From an uncultured cyanobacterium (GTDB lineage Bacteria > Cyanobacteriota > Cyanobacteriia > Cyanobacteriales > Cyanobacteriaceae), in NCBI GenBank assembly GCA_963710605.1, contig CAVQBA010000004.1, positions 1,280,001 through 1,344,000 of the forward strand: a stretch of 64,000 nucleotides of DNA, written 5' to 3'. Both the position numbers and the translations under genes were made by a program. This document shows, piece by piece, positions 12,076-24,437 of the stretch. Under the pieces are notes generated by a model. That model ran no database searches. It saw only the letters and a list, made by a program, of their open reading frames with translations, and was not told the DNA's origin. How positions within the stretch are numbered: position 1 is the first letter of the stretch; every line of letters begins with the position of its first letter.

Positions 12076-13101
12076 ATGCAAAATTTACGGACAGCAGTAA
12101 TTAACTATTATGACGTTCTAGGAGTACCAAACAATGCTACTCCAGAAGAAATCAAAAAAGAATTTCGTCGTCTAGCTAGACGCTATCATCCTGATTTGAA
12201 TCCAGGAAACAAAGAAGCGGAGGAACAATTTAAGCAAATTAATGAGGCTTATGATGTTCTTTCGGATAAGGTAAAACGTCAGCAACATAATAATCAGCTT
12301 TTTACTGTTAAACGTCGATTTGTCCGTAGTACCCAAAATCAAAATCGTAATAATGGCTTTGGTTTTAAGAAAAAACCAGTCAATCAACAAAGTCAGGGTG
12401 AGGAGCAAACTACTAGAGTACCTCAAAACAAAAATCCTTATCAAACAACGATTAAAACTACTCTTAATACGAACAGTAATCGTACTTCGACAAATGATGA
12501 TTTTCGCCCTGGTGTAAACAAAACCATCAAGTCAGCGACTCCTCCTCCTCCTTCTGCCCCACCACCAATTCGTAGTCAGCCAAAAGATATTGAAGCAAAA
12601 TTAACTTTACCCTTGACAAAAGCTTATGAAGGTGGTAGAGAAAGAATAAGATTAGAAGATGGTCGTTCTTTAGAAGTTGATATGCCTCCTGCTATGTATC
12701 ATGGGCAAAAAATCCGTCTTAAAGGACAAGGTATCCGTGGCGGTGATTTATATCTTAAGATTTTAGTAAAATCCGATCCCTTTTTTCAATTAGAGGGTTC
12801 GGATATTTGTTGTGAGATACCCATAACACCTTCAGAAGCGATCGTTGGTGGAGCAATTGAAGTACCGACGATTGATGGTTTAGTACAAATGAATATACCT
12901 TCAGGCATTAAATCAGGACAAAGATTAAAATTAGCAAACAAAGGTTATCCTAATATTAGAGGCGAAAGAGGAGACCAATTAGTTATTTTAAATATCGAAT
13001 TTCCTCCAGATATTAGTGATGCTGAAAAAGAACTTTACGCCAAAATTAGAGAAATAGAGCAGTTTAATCCTCGTCATAAATTAATTGAAGATTTTAGTTA
13101 A
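12076..13101 (+). CDS. DnaJ-class chaperone (J domain + DnaJ_C, no zinc finger)
   Basis: NYYDVLGV...YHPD J domain; C-terminal IRLKGQG and VPTIDG. Confidence 0.92.
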   Translation: MQNLRTAVINYYDVLGVPNNATPEEIKKEFRRLARRYHPDLNPGNKEAEEQFKQINEAYDVLSDKVKRQQHNNQLFTVKRRFVRSTQNQNRNNGFGFKKKPVNQQSQGEEQTTRVPQNKNPYQTTIKTTLNTNSNRTSTNDDFRPGVNKTIKSATPPPPSAPPPIRSQPKDIEAKLTLPLTKAYEGGRERIRLEDGRSLEVDMPPAMYHGQKIRLKGQGIRGGDLYLKILVKSDPFFQLEGSDICCEIPITPSEAIVGGAIEVPTIDGLVQMNIPSGIKSGQRLKLANKGYPNIRGERGDQLVILNIEFPPDISDAEKELYAKIREIEQFNPRHKLIEDFS

Positions 13102-13338
13102 ACAATTAATCAATTCAAAATTAAGTTATTTGTAAAGACGTTACATAGTGCAACGTCTTTTATTAATCGTCATAAGCTGTCAAAAGGGCAAAGGTGATTT
13201 TTGCTCATTAGCTTGTACTACCATCAAAAATAATTACGCCAATCAATGGAGTAAGCTAAAAATTTAAAAATTAATTATTTTAATCTTTTATCCTTCTTTC
13301 TTTCTTACTCATTACTTATTACTCATTACTCATTACTC

Positions 13339-13785
13339 CTACTTTATCCCCGTGCCATAAGCCATAACTTCGATCGAAATTAAACCTTGTTTACCTGGTG
13401 TATTACCACTAATACTAGAAGTTTCAAAACGAACATTAAGAATCTGAGTAGCACCCCAAGCCATAGCACTTTCTTTCATTCTCAAAATAGCTTCTCTACG
13501 TCCTCTGTCTAATAAACTTTCAAAAACGACAACTTTACCACCGAGTAAATTACGTAGTGCAAAAGCAAAAAGTTTAAAATAATCAGCCGAAATCACAACA
13601 CTACCAATAAATAATTGAGAATCACGGGCTTCGGGAAGCTTATCTTTTTTACCAAAAGTCATCATGGGCAAATGAACAGTTTTTCTCTCTCGTATTTTAA
13701 TATTCTGGTAATGTTTTTTTTCAAAATAGTTTCCAGCAAAATAACCTATACCGATCAAAATCAAAAAAATGGTTATGTCTATCAT
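13339..13785 (-). CDS. YbjQ-like (putative heavy-metal-binding) protein with N-terminal TM anchor
   Basis: RNLLGG...LLDRGRREAILRM...GATQILNVRFET; overlaps the paralog stop by 4 nt. Confidence 0.8.
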   Translation of the reverse strand: MIDITIFLILIGIGYFAGNYFEKKHYQNIKIRERKTVHLPMMTFGKKDKLPEARDSQLFIGSVVISADYFKLFAFALRNLLGGKVVVFESLLDRGRREAILRMKESAMAWGATQILNVRFETSSISGNTPGKQGLISIEVMAYGTGIK

Positions 13786-14114
13786 TGTTTATCCATCCTT
13801 GTTGCTACTCTAACTGCTGTACCATACACAAATAATTCTGCCGCCCCTTGAGCAACAGAAGAAGTGGCATAACGAACATTAACTACTGCATTTGCACCTA
13901 ACATATCAGCTTGAGAAATCATTCTTTGAGTTGCTTCTTCTCTAGCTTCTTGCAATAATTCGGTATATCCAACTAATTCACCGCCAACTATATTTTTTAA
14001 TCCTGCTAGAATATCTTTACCAACATTTTTTGCCCTAACGCTACTACCTTGAGCAATACCATAATGTTGAGTTATCTCTTTACCCGGGACACCTTCTAAG
14101 GTTGTAATAATCAT
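13782..14114 (-). CDS. YbjQ/UPF0145 family protein
   Basis: MIITT...GKDILAGLKNIVGGELVGY...GANAVVNVRY...YGTAV. Confidence 0.9.
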   Translation of the reverse strand: MIITTLEGVPGKEITQHYGIAQGSSVRAKNVGKDILAGLKNIVGGELVGYTELLQEAREEATQRMISQADMLGANAVVNVRYATSSVAQGAAELFVYGTAVRVATRMDKQ

Positions 14115-14385
14115 AATTATTAGTAATTATATTTTTTATGACTAATTTACGATAGCTGAATCTTATCTCAACCAAGATAAATTATTAACCATTGTTTACA
14201 ATCGTCAAATAGTTGATAGTTGATAGTTGATAGTTGATAGTTAATTATTTACTATTATTAAGTACACTCACCATCCCCCTAAATCCCCCTTACCAAAGGG
14301 GACTTGCAAATATAAACTGTACCTCATAATTATGGGAAACGCTATAGTTAATTATTTACTATTATTATCTGTATAGTCAAAGGTT

Positions 14386-15159
14386 TTAACTGTAGTCAAC
14401 AAATATAGTTAAAACAGATAAAATAAGAGCCTCGCTCCATTCGACAGTTGCTCCATAAGTATCTCCTGTATGTCCTCCTAATTTGTAATTAAACCACCAA
14501 CCGACAATAAGTGCGATCGTAATAGAAAGTAAATTAATCAAAAGAATAAAAACAAGTGAATGATGAAGGTAAAAATATTCTCCTAGCACGACAGGAACAA
14601 TAAATAAAGAAGCCAAAATAAGATCAAAGGGTAAAACCAAGTTTTCTTTCAAAAAAGCTCCCTTACCTTCGGTTCTCAGGTATGGGTAAAAAACGATCGC
14701 CATTAGTTGCCCCCAACGCCCCCAACTCATCGCTAAAATCAAACCCCACCACCAATTATTATTTGAAAGAGAAAATAAAGCCCCCCATTTCAAAGCTAAA
14801 ACAATAATCGCCGCCATTACACCAAAAGCACCTGTATAACTATCACGCATCACTTCTAGTTGACGATTAGTGTCTCCTCCAACTATAGCTAAACCATCGG
14901 CAGTATCCATCACACCATCCAAATGTAATCCACCAGTTAACGAAATAGCGAAAGCAACCAAAAAAATAGCCGTCATTAAATTCGGAAAACCAACTAACAC
15001 AAATAAGTAACCAATGATACTCAATATACAACCAAGTAAAATACCAATCCACGGTAACCAGACAGCAATTCTGATGAAATTAAGAGCTAATGCAGAAGGA
15101 AGATTAATTGTCGTGTAAAAAACTAACGCTCCCAAAAATGATGAAAGGAAATTTTTCAT
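14386..15159 (-). CDS. cobS: Adenosylcobinamide-GDP ribazoletransferase (cobalamin synthase)
   Basis: TGGLHLDGVMDTADG, MRDSYTGAFG and GGHTGDTYGA motifs. Confidence 0.93.
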   Translation of the reverse strand: MKNFLSSFLGALVFYTTINLPSALALNFIRIAVWLPWIGILLGCILSIIGYLFVLVGFPNLMTAIFLVAFAISLTGGLHLDGVMDTADGLAIVGGDTNRQLEVMRDSYTGAFGVMAAIIVLALKWGALFSLSNNNWWWGLILAMSWGRWGQLMAIVFYPYLRTEGKGAFLKENLVLPFDLILASLFIVPVVLGEYFYLHHSLVFILLINLLSITIALIVGWWFNYKLGGHTGDTYGATVEWSEALILSVLTIFVDYS

Positions 15160-15639
15160 AATCAAAAAAAAATTATTAATTAACCTGAACAAAAATTTAA
15201 TTTTAGGTTAAGATTAGGTGGGAACAAAAAAACAATTGATTATAACTTTTAATTTTGTGATCAATACTAAATTAAATATTGACTGTTTTGTCAAAAAAAT
15301 ATAGCCTATAACAGAGTCAGTATTTTGTTTTTATTGTTTAATTAATTTTGGACAGAATATATGTATTTTCAGTGCTTATTTCCACTCATCAAGTAAGACA
15401 ATGGTGTTTTTTACTGAGCAAAATTAACTGATAAATAAGACTATTTTAGCATTATGAAAACTAGTCGATTAAGAAAAAATTATCTATAATTAGATAAAGA
15501 TAATTTGCTCTAGAAACTTGAGATGTTAAAAAAATTAACTTTTCTTAACATTAAGTAACAAAGAGCTATTTGATCAACTGTTTTAAGTTTAATCAAACCC
15601 AATTATTTAGCATAGAGATAAAAAAAAGGTCAATAAATC

Positions 15640-16092
15640 ATGAATCATCAAACCAACAATTGTCACTTAGTTGCACCCTGTATTATTGAATCAGGTATTT
15701 TAGTGAACAAAGAAGATATCAAACGTCTGCTTAATGATTTGACTCAAGTCCGTTATGTACACGATATTGATGGGGTTGTGCAAAATCAAGGACAAGGTTG
15801 GATTTTAGAAGTATTTAATGATTTAACTCAAGCCACAATGATTGTTAATAATAGTTTATATATTAATATTCAAAGTTTTGATTATCTCAAAGTTAATCAA
15901 GTTAGTCCTTATGAAACACATTTTGATTTGATTCAAGATAACCGTACAATACGTTTAATTCCGATGGCAACTGGAAGTCAAGAACACCAACAACAAACAT
16001 CAAAAAATCTGGGTTTTAGCAGTTTTGATGAAATGATGGGAGAAGTTTTTTCAGCAAAATGGGATGTACAGTCAGACGAAGATTTTGTCTAA
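15640..16092 (+). CDS. Hypothetical protein
   Basis: Clean 150-aa ATG ORF with an AAGG-like SD; no family recognised. Confidence 0.75.
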   Translation: MNHQTNNCHLVAPCIIESGILVNKEDIKRLLNDLTQVRYVHDIDGVVQNQGQGWILEVFNDLTQATMIVNNSLYINIQSFDYLKVNQVSPYETHFDLIQDNRTIRLIPMATGSQEHQQQTSKNLGFSSFDEMMGEVFSAKWDVQSDEDFV

Positions 16093-16377
16093 ATAAAATA
16101 GTTTAGTTCAGACAATTTAAGTACAGAGGAAAGTATTAAGTAGGTGTTGTATTTGTATTGGATTGGCTATTTATTTAAATGTAAACAAAAAGCCTTTCAA
16201 TCAAAGTTTAAGTAAGTTACAGTGAACAAATAAATAAGTTTCTTGGGTAAAAAAATAGAGATAATATTATCTTGTTTCAAAAGGGAGAGAATCAAAGAAA
16301 AGTTCTAATTTCGCTTTAATATCTGTTTAACAGTAAAGTTAATCATTCATTGTTTTGACAACGATCGTATATATTGA

Positions 16378-17535
<1,158 letters not shown>

Positions 17536-17939
17536 TTAAAAGTTAAGAGTAAATCGACTTTGGGTTTATGCCATAAACCCCTACAGTTTTCTTGCTTGAA
17601 TTAAATTGTAACTATCAATTAATAAAAGTTGTCCCTCGCAATGTTTACATCAAGACGACAATGAATAGCTTCTTATCTTGTTTAATCGATCGTTACTTAG
17701 TCGTCATTTTTGTTACGAACATTATATTGTTATTACTAAATAATAATACATAGTGTTCTGCTTTTTATTTAATCTAAATACAGTTAGTTAGTTATATCTA
17801 GTAAGTCCCCCACTCTCCCCTTTCAAGGGGAGATGCAAAATAGGCAGAGGGGTCGGGGGGATTTAGGGGCTTTAAGCGGCTGTAAAGGATTAAGAGGGGA
17901 TTAGGAAATTTAGAGGGGGATATTAAAAAAAGTATTCAA

Positions 17940-18704
17940 TTAAAACAGTTCGATTATATTTTTTACTCTCTTAATATTTTCTTCAAGCTCCTCTAAAGTA
18001 TTACCATTACTTGAAGATTTCGGTTCATCATTTGTTTTTGATTGAGGTAAATTCAAAGTAACTGGTGGCTTTGAATCTGGAGTACTACTAGGAGGTAACT
18101 GCGAAGCAGACATAGAAATTAAATGAGCATCAATAAAGTAAAGTGCAGAACAGCGAAAACCAGAACTACCTAGTGAGTGAGAACATACAACTTCAATGGC
18201 AATGTTATCAATATTATTAAGATCGAGTACCATTGTCTTTAACTCTCCTGCATGAACTTTGTGATAGCCCTGAGGTACTCCGTCTAGATACACCTGAACT
18301 GTTACATAATTTTGTTTGGGATTTCCTATTGACACCATGTTGTAAGCATTATCTTCAATGCCAAAACTTAGTCGTAAAGTATTAAATGAATTGTTGCGTT
18401 CTTGAATTCCAGAGGTTAATGTTACTTTTTCTCCATTATAAAGTCCATTGCTACTCTTATTAAACCAAAAAATAGGAGAATGTAATTGTCTTTCGATTGA
18501 AACATTTCCACCATTGTTGGTATATAATCTGGTGTAGCGTTGAGAGCTAATCCATCGATAGGGAAATGAAAGTAAGGGAATCGAATCACCAGAACTTTTT
18601 TGTGGGCGTTGTGCTTGAGTATCTTTTACGTTTAAATTAAACAAAGTCAAACCAAGAACACTTAACGTCGTTACTTTTTTAAGTAGATTAATAGTTAATT
18701 TCAT
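17940..18704 (-). CDS. Secreted hypothetical protein with a beta-rich (NPCBM/galactose-binding-like) domain and Pro/Ser-rich tail
   Basis: Sec signal ending TQA; LSFGIED...VQVYLDG...LDLNNIDNIAIEV pattern. Confidence 0.6.
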   Translation of the reverse strand: MKLTINLLKKVTTLSVLGLTLFNLNVKDTQAQRPQKSSGDSIPLLSFPYRWISSQRYTRLYTNNGGNVSIERQLHSPIFWFNKSSNGLYNGEKVTLTSGIQERNNSFNTLRLSFGIEDNAYNMVSIGNPKQNYVTVQVYLDGVPQGYHKVHAGELKTMVLDLNNIDNIAIEVVCSHSLGSSGFRCSALYFIDAHLISMSASQLPPSSTPDSKPPVTLNLPQSKTNDEPKSSSNGNTLEELEENIKRVKNIIELF

Positions 18705-19515
18705 TGTGGGTTAATAATTTTGTTTTTATCTATAACAGAAAACGGCTTATCAAAGCAACATTATTATAAATTGATTAAGTCCTCCAAACTTGTAGATTTT
18801 AGTGGGCTTTAGAGGATTAAGAGGGGATTGAGAGATGAGTCAGAGGTATATATATTAAAAAAAGTATTCAATTAAAACGAATCGAATATACCTTTTATGG
18901 TCTTAATAGTTTCTTCAAGCTCTTCTAAAGTATTGCCATTATTAGGAGATTTCGGTTCGTCTTTTCTTTCTTCTTCTGTAGGAAACTTCAAAGTAACTGG
19001 TGGCTTTGAATCTGGAGTACTACTAGGAGGATACTGCGAAGCAGACATAGAAACTAAGTGAGCATCAATAAAGTAAAGCTCAGAACATGAATAATTTTTT
19101 GAGTGAGAACAGACAACTTCGATCGCAATGTTATTAACATTATCAAGAATCGAGTAACATTGTCTCTAACTCTCCTGCATGAACTTCGTAATAGCCCTTA
19201 TCTACTCCGTCCGAAAACACCCTAACTGTTACATAATTTTGCTTAGGATTTCCACTTGACACCATTCTAGAAGCATTGTCTTCAATGCCAAAACTTAATC
19301 TTAAAGTATTAAACGAATTGCTGCGTTCTTGAATTCCACAAGTTAATGTTATTCTCTCCCCACTGTAGGTCGTACTAAACCAGAAAACAGAGGAAAATAA
19401 TTGTCTTTCGATTGAAATATTTACACTATTCTTGCTGTTTAATCGATTGTAGCCTATAGAGCTAACCCATCTACAGGGAAAAGAAAGTAAAGGTTTAGAA
19501 TCACCAGAATTTTGT

Positions 19516-21234
19516 CAGCAATTCTCATTTTGAAGAAGAATATATGTAACACAACAATAATTATATTGTAAATATTCATAATTAAATCTAAATTAGACGA
19601 TTATCAGTTCTGATTTTTCTTTTCTTTGTTATATTACATCAGCACTTCAAAAAAATAGTCATCACAAACTAGACCTAATTTTCTTGCTTGATAAAAATTA
19701 GGCTTCTTTCTGTGATATTCATTACTTCAAAATCAACTTACCTTTACTGTTTATTTTTTCTCTTTTTAACTTGTGTTGATTAACTTTCTTTCTTCTCCTT
19801 CCGTTAGTACAAATATGAATAAATCCTGCCAACTTTCAAACCATATATATTTCAATAACGCTCTTATATCATTAAAAAATGTTTTTCTCCTCACTAATTT
19901 GTCTCTAATTTTTTGATAGTTAACATTCACTAATTCTAAAACATTGTGAAAGAGAAATCCTAGTAGATTTAATGATAACAATATTTCGGACAAATTCTCT
20001 TGCCCATGACCAAAATTATGTTCAAAATTATATCCTTGATTTTTCAAGATATTATTACCTTCATTTTCTACTTTCCATCTTGTTCTTCCCCCTTTTATTA
20101 TTACTAATATATTGTCTTCTTTTAATTTATGATTAGTGATAAAGCTATTATAATAAATTACTTTATTCTTAATTCTATCAATTATCTCGACCTCATACCA
20201 ATTGACCATTAAGCTTGGCTTTTTTTCTCTCATTGGTACATTATTTACATACTTATAACGATAAATTATCGGTCTTCCTTTTTCATATTTTTTGATTTCT
20301 CCTTTCTTTATTTCTTCATTTTTTTCTAAAAAATCAAGCCATTCATATAAACTTTTATGAGATGATGGTAAAGCCACAAATATAAAATTATATCCTTGTT
20401 TTATCGCTAATTCACATATTGGCTGACGAGAATAAGAATCATCTCCCAATAAGGTTATTTGATTTTTTTCTTGGTCATTTGAATTTCGTAATAACCACCT
20501 TTTTACCGCTACGTTTTCACAATCTTGCTTCGTTTTACCATCCTGTTTTCTAATAAATTCAGGCTCTAAGTTAATTACTTGTTTTTTGTTTGGTGAGACG
20601 ATAACTGGAGTAATTACTTGATGATAATAAGTTGTTTCACCATTTCTATGATTGCGACAATTACAATGAGGACAATAAATCTTTTTAGAGGAATAATATT
20701 GGGTTCCATCCAATGCTACTAATATTTGATTTTCTAAGTATTCAAACTGTTTCATGATTTTATTTTCATCTAACCATTGAAATACCCTTTTAAATGTGGG
20801 AAAAACTATTTTTGCACTTACAGGGTCTAACAGTGTTCGCAGTTGATTATCAGATGGTACTTCTTCTAAACCAAATAAACTTAATGCATTATCTTTCCCT
20901 TTTTGTTGCTTCATCGAACGTTGATGTTCTAAAAAAGAAGGTAACTGGGTAAAAAAGACCGAAAACGCTGCCATAACAGCCTCAGAAATTTGATATTTGA
21001 TGTTTTTTCCAGTTCTTTTATCTGGTAATCCATTTAATTCTTGACGCAAAAATTCAATTAACTGTGATGGTTCGAACTCAGGACTTTTTTTCATGTAGTA
21101 TGAAGTTGAAGCAAAAATTAAGATTTTATTTCAAGTCACATCTATCATAACCACAAAAATTACTTCCGAGAACTATGATTCTTGTTTGTAAACAAAAGAA
21201 ATACGCTCTATTTTTTCCATAATGAGAATTGCTG
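19516..21234 (-). mobile_element. Complete 1719-bp insertion sequence (DDE transposase, ISNCY/IS4-like)
   Basis: Perfect 14-bp TIRs CAGCAATTCTCATT (19516-19529) and AATGAGAATTGCTG (21221-21234). 9-bp target duplication GAATTTTGT at 19507-19515 and 21235-21243. Confidence 0.95.
19766..21094 (-). CDS. DDE transposase
   Basis: VALDGT, LLGDDSYS and RWKVENEGNNILK motifs; lies inside the TIRs. Confidence 0.92.
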   Translation of the reverse strand: MKKSPEFEPSQLIEFLRQELNGLPDKRTGKNIKYQISEAVMAAFSVFFTQLPSFLEHQRSMKQQKGKDNALSLFGLEEVPSDNQLRTLLDPVSAKIVFPTFKRVFQWLDENKIMKQFEYLENQILVALDGTQYYSSKKIYCPHCNCRNHRNGETTYYHQVITPVIVSPNKKQVINLEPEFIRKQDGKTKQDCENVAVKRWLLRNSNDQEKNQITLLGDDSYSRQPICELAIKQGYNFIFVALPSSHKSLYEWLDFLEKNEEIKKGEIKKYEKGRPIIYRYKYVNNVPMREKKPSLMVNWYEVEIIDRIKNKVIYYNSFITNHKLKEDNILVIIKGGRTRWKVENEGNNILKNQGYNFEHNFGHGQENLSEILLSLNLLGFLFHNVLELVNVNYQKIRDKLVRRKTFFNDIRALLKYIWFESWQDLFIFVLTEGEERKLINTS

Positions 21235-21583
21235 GAATTTTGTTGTGGGCGTTGTGCTTGAGTCTCTTTTACGTTTAAATTTAATAAAGCCAAACCAAGA
21301 ACACTTAACGTCGTTACTTTTTTAAGCAGATTAATAGTTGATTTCATAGAGATTAAGTTTGTTTAAATTTAAGTTTATTAATAGGAGTAGCTAATCGTTA
21401 ATAGGTAAGTTTTTCATTCGTTTTTTCTGATTACGGAAAAATTTAAGTTAAATATGCATGAGTTGATTTTTTTATAGCAATTATTAATTAAATGAAGTAC
21501 AAACCAATCCCCCTAAATCCCCCTTTGAAAGGGGGACTTGCCAATTTTAACTGTAGCTCATAATTAAGATAAACGCTATATTC

Positions 21584-23224
21584 TTAAATTGATAATTCAA
21601 ATGAATTCATTATAACTTCATTAAAAATTTTTTCATATTTTTGATATTCTTCTGTTTCTGCTTGATAAATAAAGACATACGCCTTCTGATTATCCAGAGT
21701 TATCAATTCTTTTGTTTTTATTTCTTGTCCTTGATCATTAAAATAACGATAAACTCTAGAATATCCTTTAAGATTATTTTCACCAATTGACACCATCTCT
21801 TCTTCAAGAATCTCTAGCTGAGAATATTGTTTTTTAAGATGTCTTTCTTCAGTTGTTTTGACATAATCAGATAAAGACTGAAGTCCAATATCTTCTTCTA
21901 CACGAACAAATATTTTATTGGTCAATTCTGATTCGTTTTTCTCATGGCTTACAGGAAAAAATTCAGCTACCACTGGATTAAACATACTGTAACCACTATC
22001 TCTTTTGCTCCAATTTAAAGGATAGTCAATTTTAAACTGACCATTAGGTGCTTCGTAAACAGTAGTTTCGACAACATTTGTTTTTTGTAATAGTAATGGT
22101 AAGGTATTAATTCCTAAAAAAGTGAGTATAGCAGAAACTATAATAATGAATCCTCGCTTTTTCAGAAAAAAAGGTGGTTCTTTTTCTATTTCTATACCAA
22201 GTAACCATAACCAGTTTTTTAACCGATCGGGTTTTTCTACTTTTTGAATTCTTTCAGAAGTGATTTTTTTCTCATCTTGTATAGCATCAAGTAAAATTAG
22301 CCATTCATCGATCGTCGGACGGTTTTTGAACTCTGTTGTCATCCCTATTTGAATAACTCGATCGAGCTTTTCGGAAATCTGTTTATTCAAAGATTTTGGT
22401 AATACCAAAGATTCCCCTTCACCTCGTTTGGCAGTTGTGGTTGGTACTTCTCCTGTTACTAAATAGTAAAGTGTTGCCGCTAAAGAATAAACATCTGTGT
22501 ACGAGCCTAGTTCGGCTTCAGAAGGATTTAGTTCGGGGGCGGCATATTTACGAGTTAATTGACCGCTAGTTGGTTGCAAACTATTTTTTTTGAACTTAGT
22601 AACTGTACCAAAATCGATTAAAAGTGCTTTTGGTTCGGGGTTATCGCAAATCAAAATATTCTCTGGTTTAATGTCTCCGTGAATGTATTGATTAGCATGA
22701 ACAACTGCTTCGAGAGCTTCGCTAATCTGCCGAATGAAATATAAGGCTTCGGATTCGTCAAGACAACTATTACGATAGACTAGAAATTCTTTGAGATTTT
22801 TTCCTTCAACATAATCCATGACGATACACCACTTACCGCTATTTCGATCTTGAATTATGTCTTGAGTTGGAACAATGTATTTGTGTTTAAACCTATTGTG
22901 ATTAAAGGCTTCTTGTACTAGCTTACCTCTTGACTTTCCTTCGTCGTTTTGAGAATTAGATTGCCGAACAACTTTAATTGCTACTTTTTGATTCTCTTCA
23001 TCTGAAGCCAAATAAGTAATACCATTACCACCCTTCCCTAGCTTACGATCGATTATATAAACTCGATCGTCATATGTCCAGATTTCGTAGCCTTTACGCC
23101 AAAATTTCATTTCACCACAACCTCGATCGCTCTTCTGTTTTTTTAATGCCTCTAACGGAGAAATAGGGAGAGAATTGGTGGTTTTCTCCTGTTCGGTTTG
23201 GTTTAATAATTCTTTGTTTCCCAT
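21584..23224 (-). CDS. Membrane-anchored Hanks-type Ser/Thr kinase with C-terminal PsbP/DcrB-like extracytoplasmic domain
   Basis: GKGGNG, VAIK, HGDIKPEN, DFG and APE motifs; TM GFIIIVSAILTFLGI; FKIDYPLNW. ATG at 23224 avoids overlap with the upstream gene. Confidence 0.88.
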   Translation of the reverse strand: MGNKELLNQTEQEKTTNSLPISPLEALKKQKSDRGCGEMKFWRKGYEIWTYDDRVYIIDRKLGKGGNGITYLASDEENQKVAIKVVRQSNSQNDEGKSRGKLVQEAFNHNRFKHKYIVPTQDIIQDRNSGKWCIVMDYVEGKNLKEFLVYRNSCLDESEALYFIRQISEALEAVVHANQYIHGDIKPENILICDNPEPKALLIDFGTVTKFKKNSLQPTSGQLTRKYAAPELNPSEAELGSYTDVYSLAATLYYLVTGEVPTTTAKRGEGESLVLPKSLNKQISEKLDRVIQIGMTTEFKNRPTIDEWLILLDAIQDEKKITSERIQKVEKPDRLKNWLWLLGIEIEKEPPFFLKKRGFIIIVSAILTFLGINTLPLLLQKTNVVETTVYEAPNGQFKIDYPLNWSKRDSGYSMFNPVVAEFFPVSHEKNESELTNKIFVRVEEDIGLQSLSDYVKTTEERHLKKQYSQLEILEEEMVSIGENNLKGYSRVYRYFNDQGQEIKTKELITLDNQKAYVFIYQAETEEYQKYEKIFNEVIMNSFELSI

Positions 23225-23315
23225 GAAGAATTTGAGTTCTAAAATGAGTTGGATAACAAGGTCATTATAATACAATAATAATTTCTCCAGAAAAACTAGA
23301 ATTTGCTTAAAAGAA

Positions 23316-24137
23316 TTAATTAACGATTTTAATTCCTTTAAAACGATAGCCTTTACCGACGACAGTGATAATATATTCAGGATCGGAAGGATTTGTCTCG
23401 ATTTTATTTCGTACCCGCATCGCAACCCCATTAACTGCATTAGGCGTATGACCGAAACGATCGTCCCACAAAGCATCAATCAATTCTTCATATGTACATC
23501 GTACTGCTCGTCCTTCATTAGCATGATTTTGTCGGATCATGTATTCAATAAAATCTAGTTCTTGCTTGGCAAGATAAATCTCTTCTCGATTACGTCCTGT
23601 TTTCCAGAAGAGAACACCTTCACTTAAACTAAAAGCAAGTTGGCGAGTATGCTCAAGTTGTTCGATGGTATCTGTTAGATCTTCTAGTAACGTCATTTCC
23701 CAAAAGCAGAGCTTATTATCGGGAACAGAAATTTTACCAACAATCAGAATTGTATCTCCTTGGTGAAGACGAATTCTTCCTTCTGAGCGGACATCAATTT
23801 CAGTTCCGCCTTCAGCACGCCGTAAATAAGTTCCATCAGTACTCGGCTTACCTCCAGAATTAAATTCGTCATCAATTACATACCAGTAGTCAGTATTACA
23901 TTCCAAACGACACTGTTGCCTTGAGACTATCTTCTTCCTATTTTTAGGAGTTGGTAAAACCAAATCGTTTTCTTCCGATCGTCCAATAGTCACTAGTTTG
24001 CGATCTTGAAGAGAGTACCAACCCTCTTCGCCATCTGGAGTTTTAATTTTTAAACCCGGAAGTTCTGGATTTTCTGGGATTGGTTGTTCGATCGTATTCA
24101 TACTTTTTATTAATGACTGCTCTATTGTTGTGTACAT
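23316..24137 (-). CDS. FHA domain + OmpR-type winged-helix transcriptional regulator
   Basis: FHA: TIGRSEENDLVL...VSRQQC...STDGTY. wHTH: YEELIDALW...RVRNKIETNPSDPEYIITVVGKGYRF. Confidence 0.88.
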   Translation of the reverse strand: MYTTIEQSLIKSMNTIEQPIPENPELPGLKIKTPDGEEGWYSLQDRKLVTIGRSEENDLVLPTPKNRKKIVSRQQCRLECNTDYWYVIDDEFNSGGKPSTDGTYLRRAEGGTEIDVRSEGRIRLHQGDTILIVGKISVPDNKLCFWEMTLLEDLTDTIEQLEHTRQLAFSLSEGVLFWKTGRNREEIYLAKQELDFIEYMIRQNHANEGRAVRCTYEELIDALWDDRFGHTPNAVNGVAMRVRNKIETNPSDPEYIITVVGKGYRFKGIKIVN

Positions 24138-24437
24138 TATATTTTCTTTTGAAGCTACTATCGGTTATGTAATACCAATTCCAATAAAATTTGTAACAGT
24201 TACTATTACCAAGTCCCCCTAACGCGCGGGGGATTTAGGGGGATTGATTTGTCTTTTTGTTGTTTAAATTTGGTATAACTTGAGTATATAAAAGATAGTT
24301 CAGTTAGAGCAATGTAAACTAAATTGAATTTGAATTTAAAAAATCACAACTTATATTATTTTCAAAAAATAATGTTATAAATCGATCCCCCTAAATCCCT
24401 CTATCCCCCTCTATCCCCCTTTCAAAGGGGGAAGGCA

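Larger units (their letters stand above)
18872..21347 (-). pseudogene. Paralog of 17940..18704, interrupted by an IS and carrying an extra +1 frameshift
   Basis: N-terminus 21347..21235 (MKSTINLLKK...QAQRPQQ) resumes at 19515 (NSGDSKPLLSFPCRW...). Extra base near 19149 (GATTCTTGAT vs GATCTTAAT). Ends TIKGIFDSF-stop at 18872. Confidence 0.9.

Noticed and set aside
15193-15639. Cobalamin riboswitch upstream of cobS (also checked before cobJ)
   Set aside because: Very AT-rich sequence with no B12-box or GGGAA core motifs.
21126-21347. 73-aa ORF as a real small secreted protein
   Set aside because: It is the broken gene's signal peptide reading into the IS end.
23225-23479. 85-aa N-terminal extension of the kinase in the ORF track
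   Set aside because: It overlaps the FHA-wHTH gene in another frame; the ATG at 23224 gives a clean, non-overlapping start.
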